The notes under the pieces: model-generated
The model's input: only the letters and a program-made list of their open reading frames with translations
Database searches by the model: none
Told to the model about the DNA's origin: nothing
Shown: positions 19,017-27,950 of the stretch, piece by piece
Layout of the letters: every line of letters begins with the position of its first letter
Numbering within the stretch: position 1 is the stretch's first letter
Virus record (IMG/VR): IMGVR_UViG_3300027763_000080
Span: 1 to 50,833 of that record
Strand: one strand, 5' to 3'
Length of the DNA stretch: 50,833 nucleotides
DNA from: a virus
Lineage: Duplodnaviria > Caudoviricetes
Position numbers and translations under genes: made by a program

Positions 19017-19683
19017 AGAATATGATTTAGATAAGCGGTGGGAATTAAAACGAGATTCGATTTATAACCTACGCGATAAAATTGATAGGTTGAAAAGAAA
19101 ACTAAAAGCTGATTTATATTCATCAGATGATAAAACACGCCTAACTGCACTTGTTGTTAGAATTATGATGTTAACATCAGAACGTGTAGGTAATTCTGAA
19201 TCTGCGAAAAATGGTCATTTCGGGGTAACTGAATTTAAACGCAAACACATTACTGTAGATAGAAACACAGTCACATTGAATTATGTGGGTAAGAGTGGTG
19301 TTGAACATGAAAAACAATTCACAGACGTCACATGTGCGATGATGTTACGCGATTTAATGAAGCGAAATGATTCATTTGTATTCGTTACGAAAGATGGTTT
19401 TAAAATCAAAGCAGACAAAGTAAATCGTTATTTGCATAAGTTTGATGCAAAATCAAAAGACATCAGAGGATTCAATGCAAATAGGTTGATGGTGATGGAA
19501 TTAAAACGCATAGGTAAAGTAAAAGACGAAAAACAACGCGCGAAAGTATTTAATGAAGCATTACGTAAAATTGGCGCAAAAATTGGACATGGACCTGCAA
19601 CATTAAGAAAACAATACCTGTTACCTGAAATTGAAGTACAATTTTACAAACATGGTTCGATAGGAAGAATTAAAATTGATTAA
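19000..19683 (+). CDS. Type IB DNA topoisomerase, catalytic domain only
   Basis: ERVGN (Arg), YVGKSG (Lys), SKDIRGF (Arg), IGH...RKQYL (His, Tyr nucleophile). Confidence 0.85.
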   Translation: MELKIKEYDLDKRWELKRDSIYNLRDKIDRLKRKLKADLYSSDDKTRLTALVVRIMMLTSERVGNSESAKNGHFGVTEFKRKHITVDRNTVTLNYVGKSGVEHEKQFTDVTCAMMLRDLMKRNDSFVFVTKDGFKIKADKVNRYLHKFDAKSKDIRGFNANRLMVMELKRIGKVKDEKQRAKVFNEALRKIGAKIGHGPATLRKQYLLPEIEVQFYKHGSIGRIKID

Positions 19684-19694
19684 AACAAATAGAT

Positions 19695-20288
19695 ATGATA
19701 GTAGATACATCAAAATTAAGTTCAACACTTACACCATTGTGTGAGATAATGATTAATCAAGGTAGTGATAAAGGTGGCGGTTGGCACAATTACACATTGG
19801 TTTACAGTGAGTTATTCACAGGCATTAAAAGTAAAGTTCGAAATGTTTTTGAATTAGGAATAGGTACAATTAATTCAGGTGCATCTATAAAAGGTTGGAA
19901 AGAATATTTCAAGAAAGCAAAAATTTATGGTGCAGATATTGATGAAAACATTCTATTTGAAGAAGAACGTATAAAAACGTTTTATTGTGACCAAACATCA
20001 CCTGAAAGTATTGCGCAATTGTGGTCAAATTTTGAAAATGTAGAATTTGATTTCATTTTAGAAGATGGTTTACATGAATACAATGCAAACATCTGCTTTT
20101 TAGAGAATAGTTTACACAAAGTGAAAAAAGGTGGGTTTTATGTCATTGAAGATATTGTAGTTAATGATATTAGAAATTACCTAAATTACTTCGAAAATTG
20201 CACATTAGATTTTGAAGAATATCAACTAATTGATTTAGACAATCCAGGCAACAAACAAGACAACGTTTTAGTTGTAATTAAGAAATAA
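19695..20288 (+). CDS. Class I SAM-dependent methyltransferase (sugar O-methyltransferase-like)
   Basis: SDK..HNY, FELGIG, GADID, CDQT, EDGLH, GGFYVIED. Confidence 0.8.
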   Translation: MIVDTSKLSSTLTPLCEIMINQGSDKGGGWHNYTLVYSELFTGIKSKVRNVFELGIGTINSGASIKGWKEYFKKAKIYGADIDENILFEEERIKTFYCDQTSPESIAQLWSNFENVEFDFILEDGLHEYNANICFLENSLHKVKKGGFYVIEDIVVNDIRNYLNYFENCTLDFEEYQLIDLDNPGNKQDNVLVVIKK

Positions 20289-20290
20289 AA

Positions 20291-20602
20291 ATGATAAACC
20301 AAATAAGGAATGAGGTTCATGAAATTTTAGAAATTCATTCGCCAACAAAAATTGAAAAGTTATTTCGCGGAATGCAATGTAATTACTTTACAGAAATAGA
20401 CGCGCATGGATATTCAATTACAGAGGATTGGGAGGATTGTTTTGAAATTGAACAAAGTATTACGAGATTGATTTTAAAATATTGGAGAGGTAATTCTGAC
20501 TTTTTATATAACTTCAATAAAGCATTTGGTGTAACAGATTCATTAACAGTCAAAGAGGTTTCGATTTTCTTTGTGCAAGAATATATGATTGATAATATTT
20601 AA
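20291..20602 (+). CDS. Hypothetical protein
   Basis: 103-aa ORF in operon. Confidence 0.65.
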   Translation: MINQIRNEVHEILEIHSPTKIEKLFRGMQCNYFTEIDAHGYSITEDWEDCFEIEQSITRLILKYWRGNSDFLYNFNKAFGVTDSLTVKEVSIFFVQEYMIDNI

Positions 20603-20617
20603 CAAAAACAAATAAAC

Positions 20618-21055
20618 ATGGAAGTACAAACAGTAGAACAGGAAGATGTTCCAAATCAAGAACAACCCGTATTAGTTCACCCGAAAGTAATACCACCTCG
20701 CGTTCTTTTAGAAATTTTAGTGTATGGGACATTTGAAGAAGGAACAGATGCAAAAGAATCAGATGCATACAAAAAAGCAATCGAACTTCAAGACCAAATT
20801 GATAGATTGCGTGGGAAAGATAAATTTCGTGTACGCATCTTATGGAAAACGTTAGAAGGTGAAATGACACCTGAAAAAGAAATCGAAATGCAAGAATGGT
20901 TGATTGAAAATTCTTCGTGTAAATACTATCTTTTTGCAGCATCATTCTGGGGCATTGAAGCATTTTATATTAAAGACAGACTCAAAATGATTCAAAAATT
21001 TGAAAAAGAATTAGCCATTTTTAAAGAATCAAAAATTGAATTAAAACGTAAATAA
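20618..21055 (+). CDS. Hypothetical protein, possibly a degenerate GT2-like fragment
   Basis: LLEILV...LQDQI...VRIL...LIENSSCKYYLF resembles a GT2 N-terminus but lacks DxD. Confidence 0.5.
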   Translation: MEVQTVEQEDVPNQEQPVLVHPKVIPPRVLLEILVYGTFEEGTDAKESDAYKKAIELQDQIDRLRGKDKFRVRILWKTLEGEMTPEKEIEMQEWLIENSSCKYYLFAASFWGIEAFYIKDRLKMIQKFEKELAIFKESKIELKRK

Positions 21056-21057
21056 GT

Positions 21058-21471
21058 ATGAAAACAGAAACACCTTACATGAAGAAGTTGCAAGAAACAA
21101 TGCAACCGATGAGAGATTTATTAAGTTCATACAAAGAACGTTTGAAATTTATTGAAGAGGAAAAAGATTCTAAATCTTTACGTGAACAAAACGAAGATAA
21201 AATATTGAAAATCAAAACTATTCAAGAAATAGATGTATTGGAAAAAATCTTGTTTCAGAAAAATCAATACTTCGAAAATTATTCCCGTCAATTTGAATTA
21301 GATTTAGCATCTGCGAAGAAAAACTTTAAAGAGGTAGTTAAAAAAGCATGGGTTAAAGCAGAGAAGAATGAAGTTTTGATGAATTTAATGAAACGCGCAA
21401 ACTTTAAAGAGGCAGATACAAATGATGAAGTGTTAGTCATTATGTACAACAAGTTGAAAGAATACGTTTAG
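21058..21471 (+). CDS. Helical/coiled-coil hypothetical protein
   Basis: 137-aa K/E-rich ORF. Confidence 0.7.
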   Translation: MKTETPYMKKLQETMQPMRDLLSSYKERLKFIEEEKDSKSLREQNEDKILKIKTIQEIDVLEKILFQKNQYFENYSRQFELDLASAKKNFKEVVKKAWVKAEKNEVLMNLMKRANFKEADTNDEVLVIMYNKLKEYV

Positions 21472-21473
21472 TC

Positions 21474-22220
21474 ATGAGTGTATTTCCAAAAGTATTAGTT
21501 GCTGCACCAACAGCATCTGCAAAGAAATATTGCTTTGAGGAATATTTGGATAACATCATGCAGTTTAAGTATCCTAATTTTGAAGTAAAACTTTTTGATA
21601 ACACGAATGATGGCGGTTTGTTTACTGCGTACATGAATGATTATTACAAAGACAAATATGGTGATGATAAGAAGTTCGAAGCAATAAACACACTTCAAAT
21701 ACATAATTTCAAATCAGAAAGTGTTATTGCAAAAATGGCTTTATCACATAACGATTGCCGGGATTATACATTGAAATTCAAATATGACTACTTGTTGCAT
21801 TTAGAAACAGATTTATTCCCGCCTGATGATATTATAGAAAGGTTGTATTGTGAAATGAAACCAATCATAAGCGCTTTATATTATGTAGATAATGGTATTT
21901 ACAGAAAACCTATGATTCAACGCACAGTAAATCTTGCACCAAAATTCATTAGTTCAATGAACTTTATGGCAAATGAGGATTTATGTTTTTGCGATGGAAC
22001 GGTAAAAAAAGTAGCACATGCAGGATTAGGATGCATTTTGATTTCAAAATTAGTTCTGGAAAAAGTGAAGTTCAGATATATTGAAGGTGTAAACAATCAC
22101 CCAGATACATATTTCGCGGAAGATTGTGCGGCAAACAAAATTCCAATCTTTTTAGACACATCAATTGTAGTACGACATGATAATTCACCATGGGGTGTTT
22201 ACGGGTTAGATTATAAGTAA
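21474..22220 (+). CDS. GT2-like glycosyltransferase
   Basis: KVLVAAPT, FDN, YDYLLHLETD, GLGCILI, DTYF, IFLDTSIVVRH. Confidence 0.75.
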   Translation: MSVFPKVLVAAPTASAKKYCFEEYLDNIMQFKYPNFEVKLFDNTNDGGLFTAYMNDYYKDKYGDDKKFEAINTLQIHNFKSESVIAKMALSHNDCRDYTLKFKYDYLLHLETDLFPPDDIIERLYCEMKPIISALYYVDNGIYRKPMIQRTVNLAPKFISSMNFMANEDLCFCDGTVKKVAHAGLGCILISKLVLEKVKFRYIEGVNNHPDTYFAEDCAANKIPIFLDTSIVVRHDNSPWGVYGLDYK

Positions 22221-22221
22221 T

Positions 22222-22395
22222 ATGGAAGAAAGAAAATCACCTGCTGAATTTTTACAAGATTATGGGATAGAAATGCAAAAAACTACCCTTGTATGTTGCA
22301 TTGATGATGTAATGAAACAACCTAGTTTGAGCTATTTAATGAATGAATATGCTAATTATGTCTTAAAACTACATTTGGAGGAAAAATCAGAATAA
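22222..22395 (+). CDS. 57-aa hypothetical protein (not in ORF track)
   Basis: MEERKSPAEFLQDYGI...; starts 1 nt after upstream stop. Confidence 0.6.
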   Translation: MEERKSPAEFLQDYGIEMQKTTLVCCIDDVMKQPSLSYLMNEYANYVLKLHLEEKSE

Positions 22396-22421
22396 AATAA
22401 ACTATACATTAAATGTACACG

Positions 22422-22456
22422 AAGCACCCTTACTTAATTGTATTGGTGCTTTTTTT
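22422..22456 (+). terminator. Rho-independent terminator
   Basis: AAGCACC/GGTGCTT stem followed by T-run at operon end. Confidence 0.7.
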
Positions 22457-22504
22457 ATGCATTTCTGTACAACATATTTAAAAATCAACGTTCTAATTGA
22501 TTAA

Positions 22505-22512
22505 TAAATTTG
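22505..22512 (+). promoter_or_regulatory. -7 element TAAATTTG for the structural operon
   Basis: TAnnTTTG after terminator, upstream of 22539. Confidence 0.5.
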
Positions 22513-22538
22513 TTTCATAAACTTTTAATATAAAAGAT

Positions 22539-22643
22539 ATGTTTACGAAAGAAACAGGAAAACAATTTTTAGTAGTGCTTGCAGCAGTTATGGTTGGTTT
22601 AGCAGTACACCAAAGATTTGTTGCTCCACGAATTAAAAAATAA
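22539..22643 (+). CDS. 34-aa membrane protein (not in ORF track)
   Basis: MFTKETGKQFLVVLAAVMVGLAVHQRFVAPRIKK. Confidence 0.7.
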   Translation: MFTKETGKQFLVVLAAVMVGLAVHQRFVAPRIKK

Positions 22644-22828
22644 TTCAAGGAAAGCAAATCGCCATAGCGAGTAAAAGTCATATTGAACTCGTTGCGTTTT
22701 AGAAGATGAAAATAGATGCGTTTTGAAATAGACGAATTTTTATTAGTAGCATGGAACACAGAAACTTTTCGAAGTAACAATATGAAAAAGGCAATTAACT
22801 AAATTTTTAACAACAAAAACTTCACAAA

Positions 22829-23566
22829 ATGAACTCAGTAGAAAAAGAACTACACGGTTACATTAATGGAACAGAGAGAATGAGCGGATTTGACTCATAC
22901 GATTCATACGAAGGAAACATGTCTTATTTCGATAATGATGATATGTCTTACTTTGACAATGATGATATGTCTTACGCTTCAGGACCAAACGCATCTTCAA
23001 TGGTGTCTGACCCATACGTAATCCAGTACCAAAACACGACAACTGCAGCAGTAACAGCTGTATTATTCGGATTCAACGATTATATTTCTGCAACTAACTA
23101 CGGTAACCCTGCAGCAGTAGTAATTACCAACTTACAAGGTGGTACTTACGGTCGTTTAGTAACACAATCGAACAACAAAGCGTTCAAAATTGGTAAATGG
23201 CGTTTCCAATCAACGACAGCTTCTCAGTTATCTCAAACGTTAACTTTGAACCACGTTGATGCGAATGGTAAACAATATTCAACTCCGTTGAACTTGTCTA
23301 TCGCTCGTGATGCTTACCAGCAACAATCAGACATCTTAGATGTAACTAAACCAGTTACAGTAGATGGTAACACATACATTACTTTTGCTTTGGCAGGGTC
23401 AGCTGTATTTGTTATCTCTATGTTCCCAGTAGAGGTTATGTCTTCGAAAGCTGCATTGAACGGTGGTCGCTCATTGAACATGGCTCGCGCTCCGCGTTTG
23501 TCAGGTAAAAATGTTGCTCCAGTAATCATCCAAACTGCTCAAGCGGTTAAAGGAATTACAGGATAG
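22829..23566 (+). CDS. Candidate major capsid protein (beta-rich, jelly-roll-like) with acidic N-terminal repeat
   Basis: Strongly biased high-expression codons (TTC, AAC, TAC, CGT, ATC); flanked by long leader and strong terminator; beta-strand pattern; (MSYFDNDD)x2 N-terminal repeat. Confidence 0.6.
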   Translation: MNSVEKELHGYINGTERMSGFDSYDSYEGNMSYFDNDDMSYFDNDDMSYASGPNASSMVSDPYVIQYQNTTTAAVTAVLFGFNDYISATNYGNPAAVVITNLQGGTYGRLVTQSNNKAFKIGKWRFQSTTASQLSQTLTLNHVDANGKQYSTPLNLSIARDAYQQQSDILDVTKPVTVDGNTYITFALAGSAVFVISMFPVEVMSSKAALNGGRSLNMARAPRLSGKNVAPVIIQTAQAVKGITG

Positions 23567-23588
23567 TCATCTATTCAACCTACATATT

Positions 23589-23625
23589 AAAGGGCAGGGT
23601 AATATTATTTGCTCTGCCCTTTTTT
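23589..23625 (+). terminator. Strong rho-independent terminator after the capsid candidate
   Basis: AGGGCAG/CTGCCCT stem followed by TTTTT. Confidence 0.85.
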
Positions 23626-23657
23626 AATAACAAATACATTCACTAAAAAACAGAACC

Positions 23658-23786
23658 ATGGCAAACGAATATTTCACAAAAATGAACAAAGCACGTAAAG
23701 AAGGTGCTAAGTCTTTTACTCACAATGGTAAAACGTATGTGGCAACAAAGACAAAAACAGGAATGATTGTTTACAAAGCGAAATAA
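23658..23786 (+). CDS. 42-aa basic protein (not in ORF track), possible DNA-binding core protein
   Basis: MANEYFTKMNKARKEGAKSFTHNGKTYVATKTKTGMIVYKAK. Confidence 0.7.
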   Translation: MANEYFTKMNKARKEGAKSFTHNGKTYVATKTKTGMIVYKAK

Positions 23787-23793
23787 TAACTAT

Positions 23794-24279
23794 ATGAGTT
23801 CGGATAAAAATAAACTTAGGAATGGTGGTCAAGAGATAACACTCATGACTGTTCTTGCTAATGAAGCAACGGGTCCATCTCGTAAGATATTAAAGGAATA
23901 TGGTCAATCGGATGCTAAAAACTATAAAGACCTTGAAGTAAAACTTGCTGAGTTATATTTTAACACACAAGATAAAGTGGCACTTGAAAAAAAGTTAGCT
24001 GATATTCATCCACATAAGAATTGGATTCTTAAAAATGTAAAGCCTGCTATTGAAGAAACATCAAAACAGGAGCTAGTAGAGGAAGTTAAATCTAATGCAA
24101 CAGGCGATTGCATGTGTCCTCAATGCCAAAATCAACCTTATACAGATAAAAACTTTTTAAACGCAGAAGGTCCTACATCCACAAAAATTGGAATTGAAGG
24201 ATTAATTGTGCCTATGATGTTATTAGGATTATTAGGAATAACGTATGTATTTGTATTAAAAGCTGTAAAAAATCAATAA
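23794..24279 (+). CDS. Tail-anchored membrane protein
   Basis: Start re-assigned to ATG 23794; CMCPQC; SNATG and LNAEG motifs; C-terminal TM. Confidence 0.75.
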   Translation: MSSDKNKLRNGGQEITLMTVLANEATGPSRKILKEYGQSDAKNYKDLEVKLAELYFNTQDKVALEKKLADIHPHKNWILKNVKPAIEETSKQELVEEVKSNATGDCMCPQCQNQPYTDKNFLNAEGPTSTKIGIEGLIVPMMLLGLLGITYVFVLKAVKNQ

Positions 24280-24281
24280 GT

Positions 24282-24752
24282 ATGAAAGTATTAGTAAATC
24301 AAGACAGTAAAGTTTTAATACCGAACACAGAACATAAAAACTTCACAGAAACAAATGAAGTCATCGGTAAAGAAAATGTATTGTCTGGTGAAATAAAGAA
24401 CGTACAAGGACTTCGTAGAGGAGAACCTTTTACATATAGATTATTTGTAACTAACGATAATAAAATTATTTATTTAAAAAACATAACTCCCATGGAAACA
24501 ACAGAAGTGACATTAGGAGCAGATAGCCAAAGAAGCTCAACTGTAGTTAATTTGATTCCTGCTGAAACATTCAATAAAGTAAAAACAACAGGATTAGTAT
24601 TAGGTGCATTAGCTGGATTTGCATATTGCAAGTACAAAAAATGTGATACAAAGAAAACTGTTATGTACATTTTCGCAGGTGCGTTAATTGGGTATGCATC
24701 AGCATACGTTGTAGATAGAAACAGAAAAGGTACTGTAGTAGCAGGAAATTAA
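24282..24752 (+). CDS. Membrane protein with two C-terminal TM helices
   Basis: GLVLGALAGFAY and YIFAGALIGYASAYV. Confidence 0.75.
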   Translation: MKVLVNQDSKVLIPNTEHKNFTETNEVIGKENVLSGEIKNVQGLRRGEPFTYRLFVTNDNKIIYLKNITPMETTEVTLGADSQRSSTVVNLIPAETFNKVKTTGLVLGALAGFAYCKYKKCDTKKTVMYIFAGALIGYASAYVVDRNRKGTVVAGN

Positions 24753-24772
24753 TAAATCAAAAAAAATTCAAA

Positions 24773-26152
24773 ATGGGAGAATTAAGAATTGTAAAATTAG
24801 GACCAGTTTCTAATGGAACAGAAGCAGTTTCTTTTGAGGATGCTTTCGGATATGGTGTAGGAGGTTATTCATACGCTAATGGTGAAGGTCGTGCAAAACG
24901 TAAAAAAAATCGTTTAGAAAGAATTGAAAATAGACGTGAAATTACTGCCGCAAGACAAGAAGCAAAAGGTGAACGTACAGCTGGTAGAACATCAAACAGA
25001 GAACAACGTGTAGCTGGTAGACAAGCAGTACAAGCACAACGTGTTTCTGGTAGATCTCAATTAGAAATAGCTAGAAAAGACAAACGTTTGACAAAACGTG
25101 AAATGGGTACTGAATCTCGTACAGGACGTAGAACTCAAAGAGCAGACACACGTGCATACAAAAGAGGTTTACGTAACCCTGCTGATTCAGGTTTAGACCA
25201 AACAGTTCCACAAGAAATGGGAGATGCGCCAGCACCAGCGCCAGCACCAACACCAGCACCAGGAGAGCAACAAGAAGGGGGCGGTTATGATGATGGTCAA
25301 GGTTATGATGATGGTGGAATTTCTGGCGAACAAGTAGGTCAAGGAAGTTATTATGGTGATGAAACACAATATGATGGTCCTGAGTATGGTTCTGGAAATG
25401 ATTCAGAAGATATTTATGGTGGGGATCCTGAATTAGACGATGCATACGAACAAGGTTATCAAGATGCTCAAGACGAATTTGATTACGAAGACGTTACAGT
25501 TGACCAAAACTTTGATGGTATTATGGGTGCTGAGGATAGATACAATGAAATGCAAGATACAAATGACATCATTGTAAATCCTACGGTACAAGATTTAGCA
25601 GATAAAACTGTTTGGAACGAGAAATTAATTGAAGCATTAAAATTACAACGTAAAAATGCAACAAGTAATCCACAAGAAATTTCAAAAACTATTTTAATTC
25701 GTGCAAAACGTTTGAAAGATTTGAATGGTGAGTTAGTTGATTATGCTAATGCATGTGGTAATTATTCAAGTGCTGATGGTTCGCCTGAGGTAGTAACAGC
25801 TCGTAAAAGAGAAGTTATGATGGCACGTAAAAGAGCGAAAGCTAAATGTGTTAGACCTAGTAGAGGTAGAGGATATGCAGGTGATGTAACTGCTGTAAAT
25901 GCAGATTTGAATCCAGTAATTGAAAAAAATCGTATTGTAGTTCCTGCTGAAAAATCATCAAATGCAACAGGTACAGGAATTAATGGATTAGATAATGTTG
26001 ATGATTATGATGCACCAGCAATTCGTGAAGTATTTTTAGGAGCTGATGGTTCATTTACAAAAGGAATTGATTTAGGAAGTATTGCAGTTGGTGTTTTACT
26101 TACAGTTGGTTTCATTGCGTTGAACAAAAAATACAAATGGATTAAAATGTAA
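24773..26152 (+). CDS. Tail-anchored protein with Arg-rich, Pro-Ala and acidic Gly/Tyr/Asp segments
   Basis: About 95-aa R/K-rich block, PAPAPAP linker, acidic block, several xADG-type motifs, C-terminal TM plus KKYK. Confidence 0.8.
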   Translation: MGELRIVKLGPVSNGTEAVSFEDAFGYGVGGYSYANGEGRAKRKKNRLERIENRREITAARQEAKGERTAGRTSNREQRVAGRQAVQAQRVSGRSQLEIARKDKRLTKREMGTESRTGRRTQRADTRAYKRGLRNPADSGLDQTVPQEMGDAPAPAPAPTPAPGEQQEGGGYDDGQGYDDGGISGEQVGQGSYYGDETQYDGPEYGSGNDSEDIYGGDPELDDAYEQGYQDAQDEFDYEDVTVDQNFDGIMGAEDRYNEMQDTNDIIVNPTVQDLADKTVWNEKLIEALKLQRKNATSNPQEISKTILIRAKRLKDLNGELVDYANACGNYSSADGSPEVVTARKREVMMARKRAKAKCVRPSRGRGYAGDVTAVNADLNPVIEKNRIVVPAEKSSNATGTGINGLDNVDDYDAPAIREVFLGADGSFTKGIDLGSIAVGVLLTVGFIALNKKYKWIKM

Positions 26153-26154
26153 TT

Positions 26155-26262
26155 ATGTCTAAAGTTCAACAAGAAGATAAAGTATTGTTAGCAATTTACG
26201 CAAGTTTTGCTATTGGATACCTAGCAATGTTCTTTATTAAACTTAAACATTCAAAAAAATAA
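26155..26262 (+). CDS. 35-aa membrane protein (not in ORF track)
   Basis: MSKVQQEDKVLLAIYASFAIGYLAMFFIKLKHSKK. Confidence 0.65.
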   Translation: MSKVQQEDKVLLAIYASFAIGYLAMFFIKLKHSKK

Positions 26263-26267
26263 AATAA

Positions 26268-26933
26268 ATGCTTTACACTGATTTTTGCGATGATTTTAAT
26301 GTATGCCTTAACAAAGGTGATTATACTTCAGCAAATGAAGTCTTAATGCATGAATTAGGTGCAACATTGATTCGTAGAAAGAAAGATTTTGTGCATTTGT
26401 TAAATGAATCTGGTGTACCTGGCGAAATGAGTGATAGTGATTTGGAATTGATTGACAGATTTGTCACTAATGTTCCTTATAACAAAAACTTAATGGTTGG
26501 AGCATCACTTTTAGTAAACATGCAAAACAAAGAAGTAAATTTTGATGGTGATGCAAAATTATCAGATGAAAATGTTAAAAATGGATACCACGTTATGAAG
26601 ACATATTTTATTGATGAAAATTATTCAAATGCAGTAGATCCAGTAACGGCTATTGCAGAAGCAGTTGGACAAGGATTAAAATTAGGTTCTAATGTTCAAG
26701 AAGGTAAGAATAAAAAGAAATATGGTGGTTTAGACATTGCACAAAAACAACAAGAAGCAAAACAAGCAATGATTGCATCTGCATTACAAGCAAAACAAGC
26801 AAATTTAGCTGCAAAACAAAAAGAACAAGAAACTAAAAATCAAACAAAAAAATTAGTTTACATTATTGGAGGTTCATTGTTAGGGTTAATAGTATTAGGA
26901 GTAACAGTTTATCAACTTCGTAAAAAGAAATAA
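26268..26933 (+). CDS. Tail-anchored membrane protein
   Basis: A/Q/K coiled coil, then TM plus RKKK. Confidence 0.8.
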   Translation: MLYTDFCDDFNVCLNKGDYTSANEVLMHELGATLIRRKKDFVHLLNESGVPGEMSDSDLELIDRFVTNVPYNKNLMVGASLLVNMQNKEVNFDGDAKLSDENVKNGYHVMKTYFIDENYSNAVDPVTAIAEAVGQGLKLGSNVQEGKNKKKYGGLDIAQKQQEAKQAMIASALQAKQANLAAKQKEQETKNQTKKLVYIIGGSLLGLIVLGVTVYQLRKKK

Positions 26934-26934
26934 A

Positions 26935-27312
26935 ATGAATATCATAACAGACAAACCAGTTATTTTTTCAAATGCTGAAGGTGCGAATCCAGATGCTATT
27001 AAAGCAGCTGGAGATGTATTAACAGGAATAGGTACAACGCTTGCTGCTCGTCAACGTCCTTTAACAGAAGTTGAACAACGTTGTGGTAAAAAACCAATTG
27101 GTAAAAAACAACGTGCGCAATGGCAAAAATGTGTTGATGCAAATGGAGGTTTAGCAATGCAACCAACAACACCTCCAGCGCAAGAACAACCGATTCCAGA
27201 TGCAAACACTAAACAACCAATGTCAAAAGGAATGAAAATTGGTTTAATTGCAGGTGGAGTTGTTTTACTAGGGATTATTGGATTTGTAATTTATAAATCA
27301 TCTAAGAAATGA
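26935..27312 (+). CDS. Tail-anchored membrane protein
   Basis: FSNAEG near N-terminus; PMSK-TM-KSSKK end. Confidence 0.8.
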   Translation: MNIITDKPVIFSNAEGANPDAIKAAGDVLTGIGTTLAARQRPLTEVEQRCGKKPIGKKQRAQWQKCVDANGGLAMQPTTPPAQEQPIPDANTKQPMSKGMKIGLIAGGVVLLGIIGFVIYKSSKK

Positions 27313-27413
27313 AAAAGGTATTATCAATTTTAGCAGTTGCAGGTTTAGCAGTAATCATTTACAATGAATACAAGAAAGCAAAAGATGCAAAGAAACCAAG
27401 ATTAATTAAATAA
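27309..27413 (+). CDS. 34-aa membrane protein (not in ORF track)
   Basis: MKKVLSILAVAGLAVIIYNEYKKAKDAKKPRLIK; ATGA overlap. Confidence 0.7.
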   Translation: MKKVLSILAVAGLAVIIYNEYKKAKDAKKPRLIK

Positions 27414-27414
27414 T

Positions 27415-27939
27415 ATGGCACAGAAAACATATATAGCAACACACGACTTTAAAGCTCCTTACGTTGAGGTGACAGGAATGCCTCATAACCCACAACAAGT
27501 GAAGTTTAAAACGTTTAGAAAAGGTCAACAATTTCGTGGTGAGTTAAAACATGCAAATAACAAACCTGCATTTATTCTAGCTGAAAACAATGCAATTGTA
27601 GGTCTTGATACAGTAAAAGAAATTGTAACAAAACAAGTAGGTGCAGAAACACGTGCAAATGAAATGAGTGCATTTAATGGATCTGCAAGTGGTGAAACAA
27701 AAAAAGTTTCAGTTCCTACAAATCCAAAAGTACGTTATATTGATGCTATGTTACTTGGTGCATTAGTTGGTGTTGTTGGTGTAGTGATTGCAGAAAAACA
27801 AGGTTGGATTCCAGAACCTGACAAAAAATATAAAATGTATGGTGCATTAGCTGGAGCAGTTGCTGCTGCATATATTGTGTATCGCACATCAAATGGTAAA
27901 CCAAAAGTTCAAATAGTAAACAAACAAGAATTTATTTAA
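27415..27939 (+). CDS. Membrane protein with two C-terminal TM helices
   Basis: Architecture parallels 24282: beta-rich N-domain, MSAFNG linker, 2 TM. Confidence 0.75.
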   Translation: MAQKTYIATHDFKAPYVEVTGMPHNPQQVKFKTFRKGQQFRGELKHANNKPAFILAENNAIVGLDTVKEIVTKQVGAETRANEMSAFNGSASGETKKVSVPTNPKVRYIDAMLLGALVGVVGVVIAEKQGWIPEPDKKYKMYGALAGAVAAAYIVYRTSNGKPKVQIVNKQEFI

Positions 27940-27950
27940 AAATTAGAAAG

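Noticed and set aside
19000-19683. Tyrosine integrase implying a prophage
   Set aside because: RVGN, GKSG and KDIR motifs match Topo IB; no host genes or att boundaries seen
22493-22780. Minus-strand 95-aa ORF
   Set aside because: Antisense to a convincing 34-aa plus-strand gene and the capsid leader
23767-23793. Track start for the 170-aa ORF (likewise 43092, 43925, 18991)
   Set aside because: Upstream starts overlap other genes, promoters or hairpins; downstream ATGs (23794, 43110, 43961, 19000) have better context
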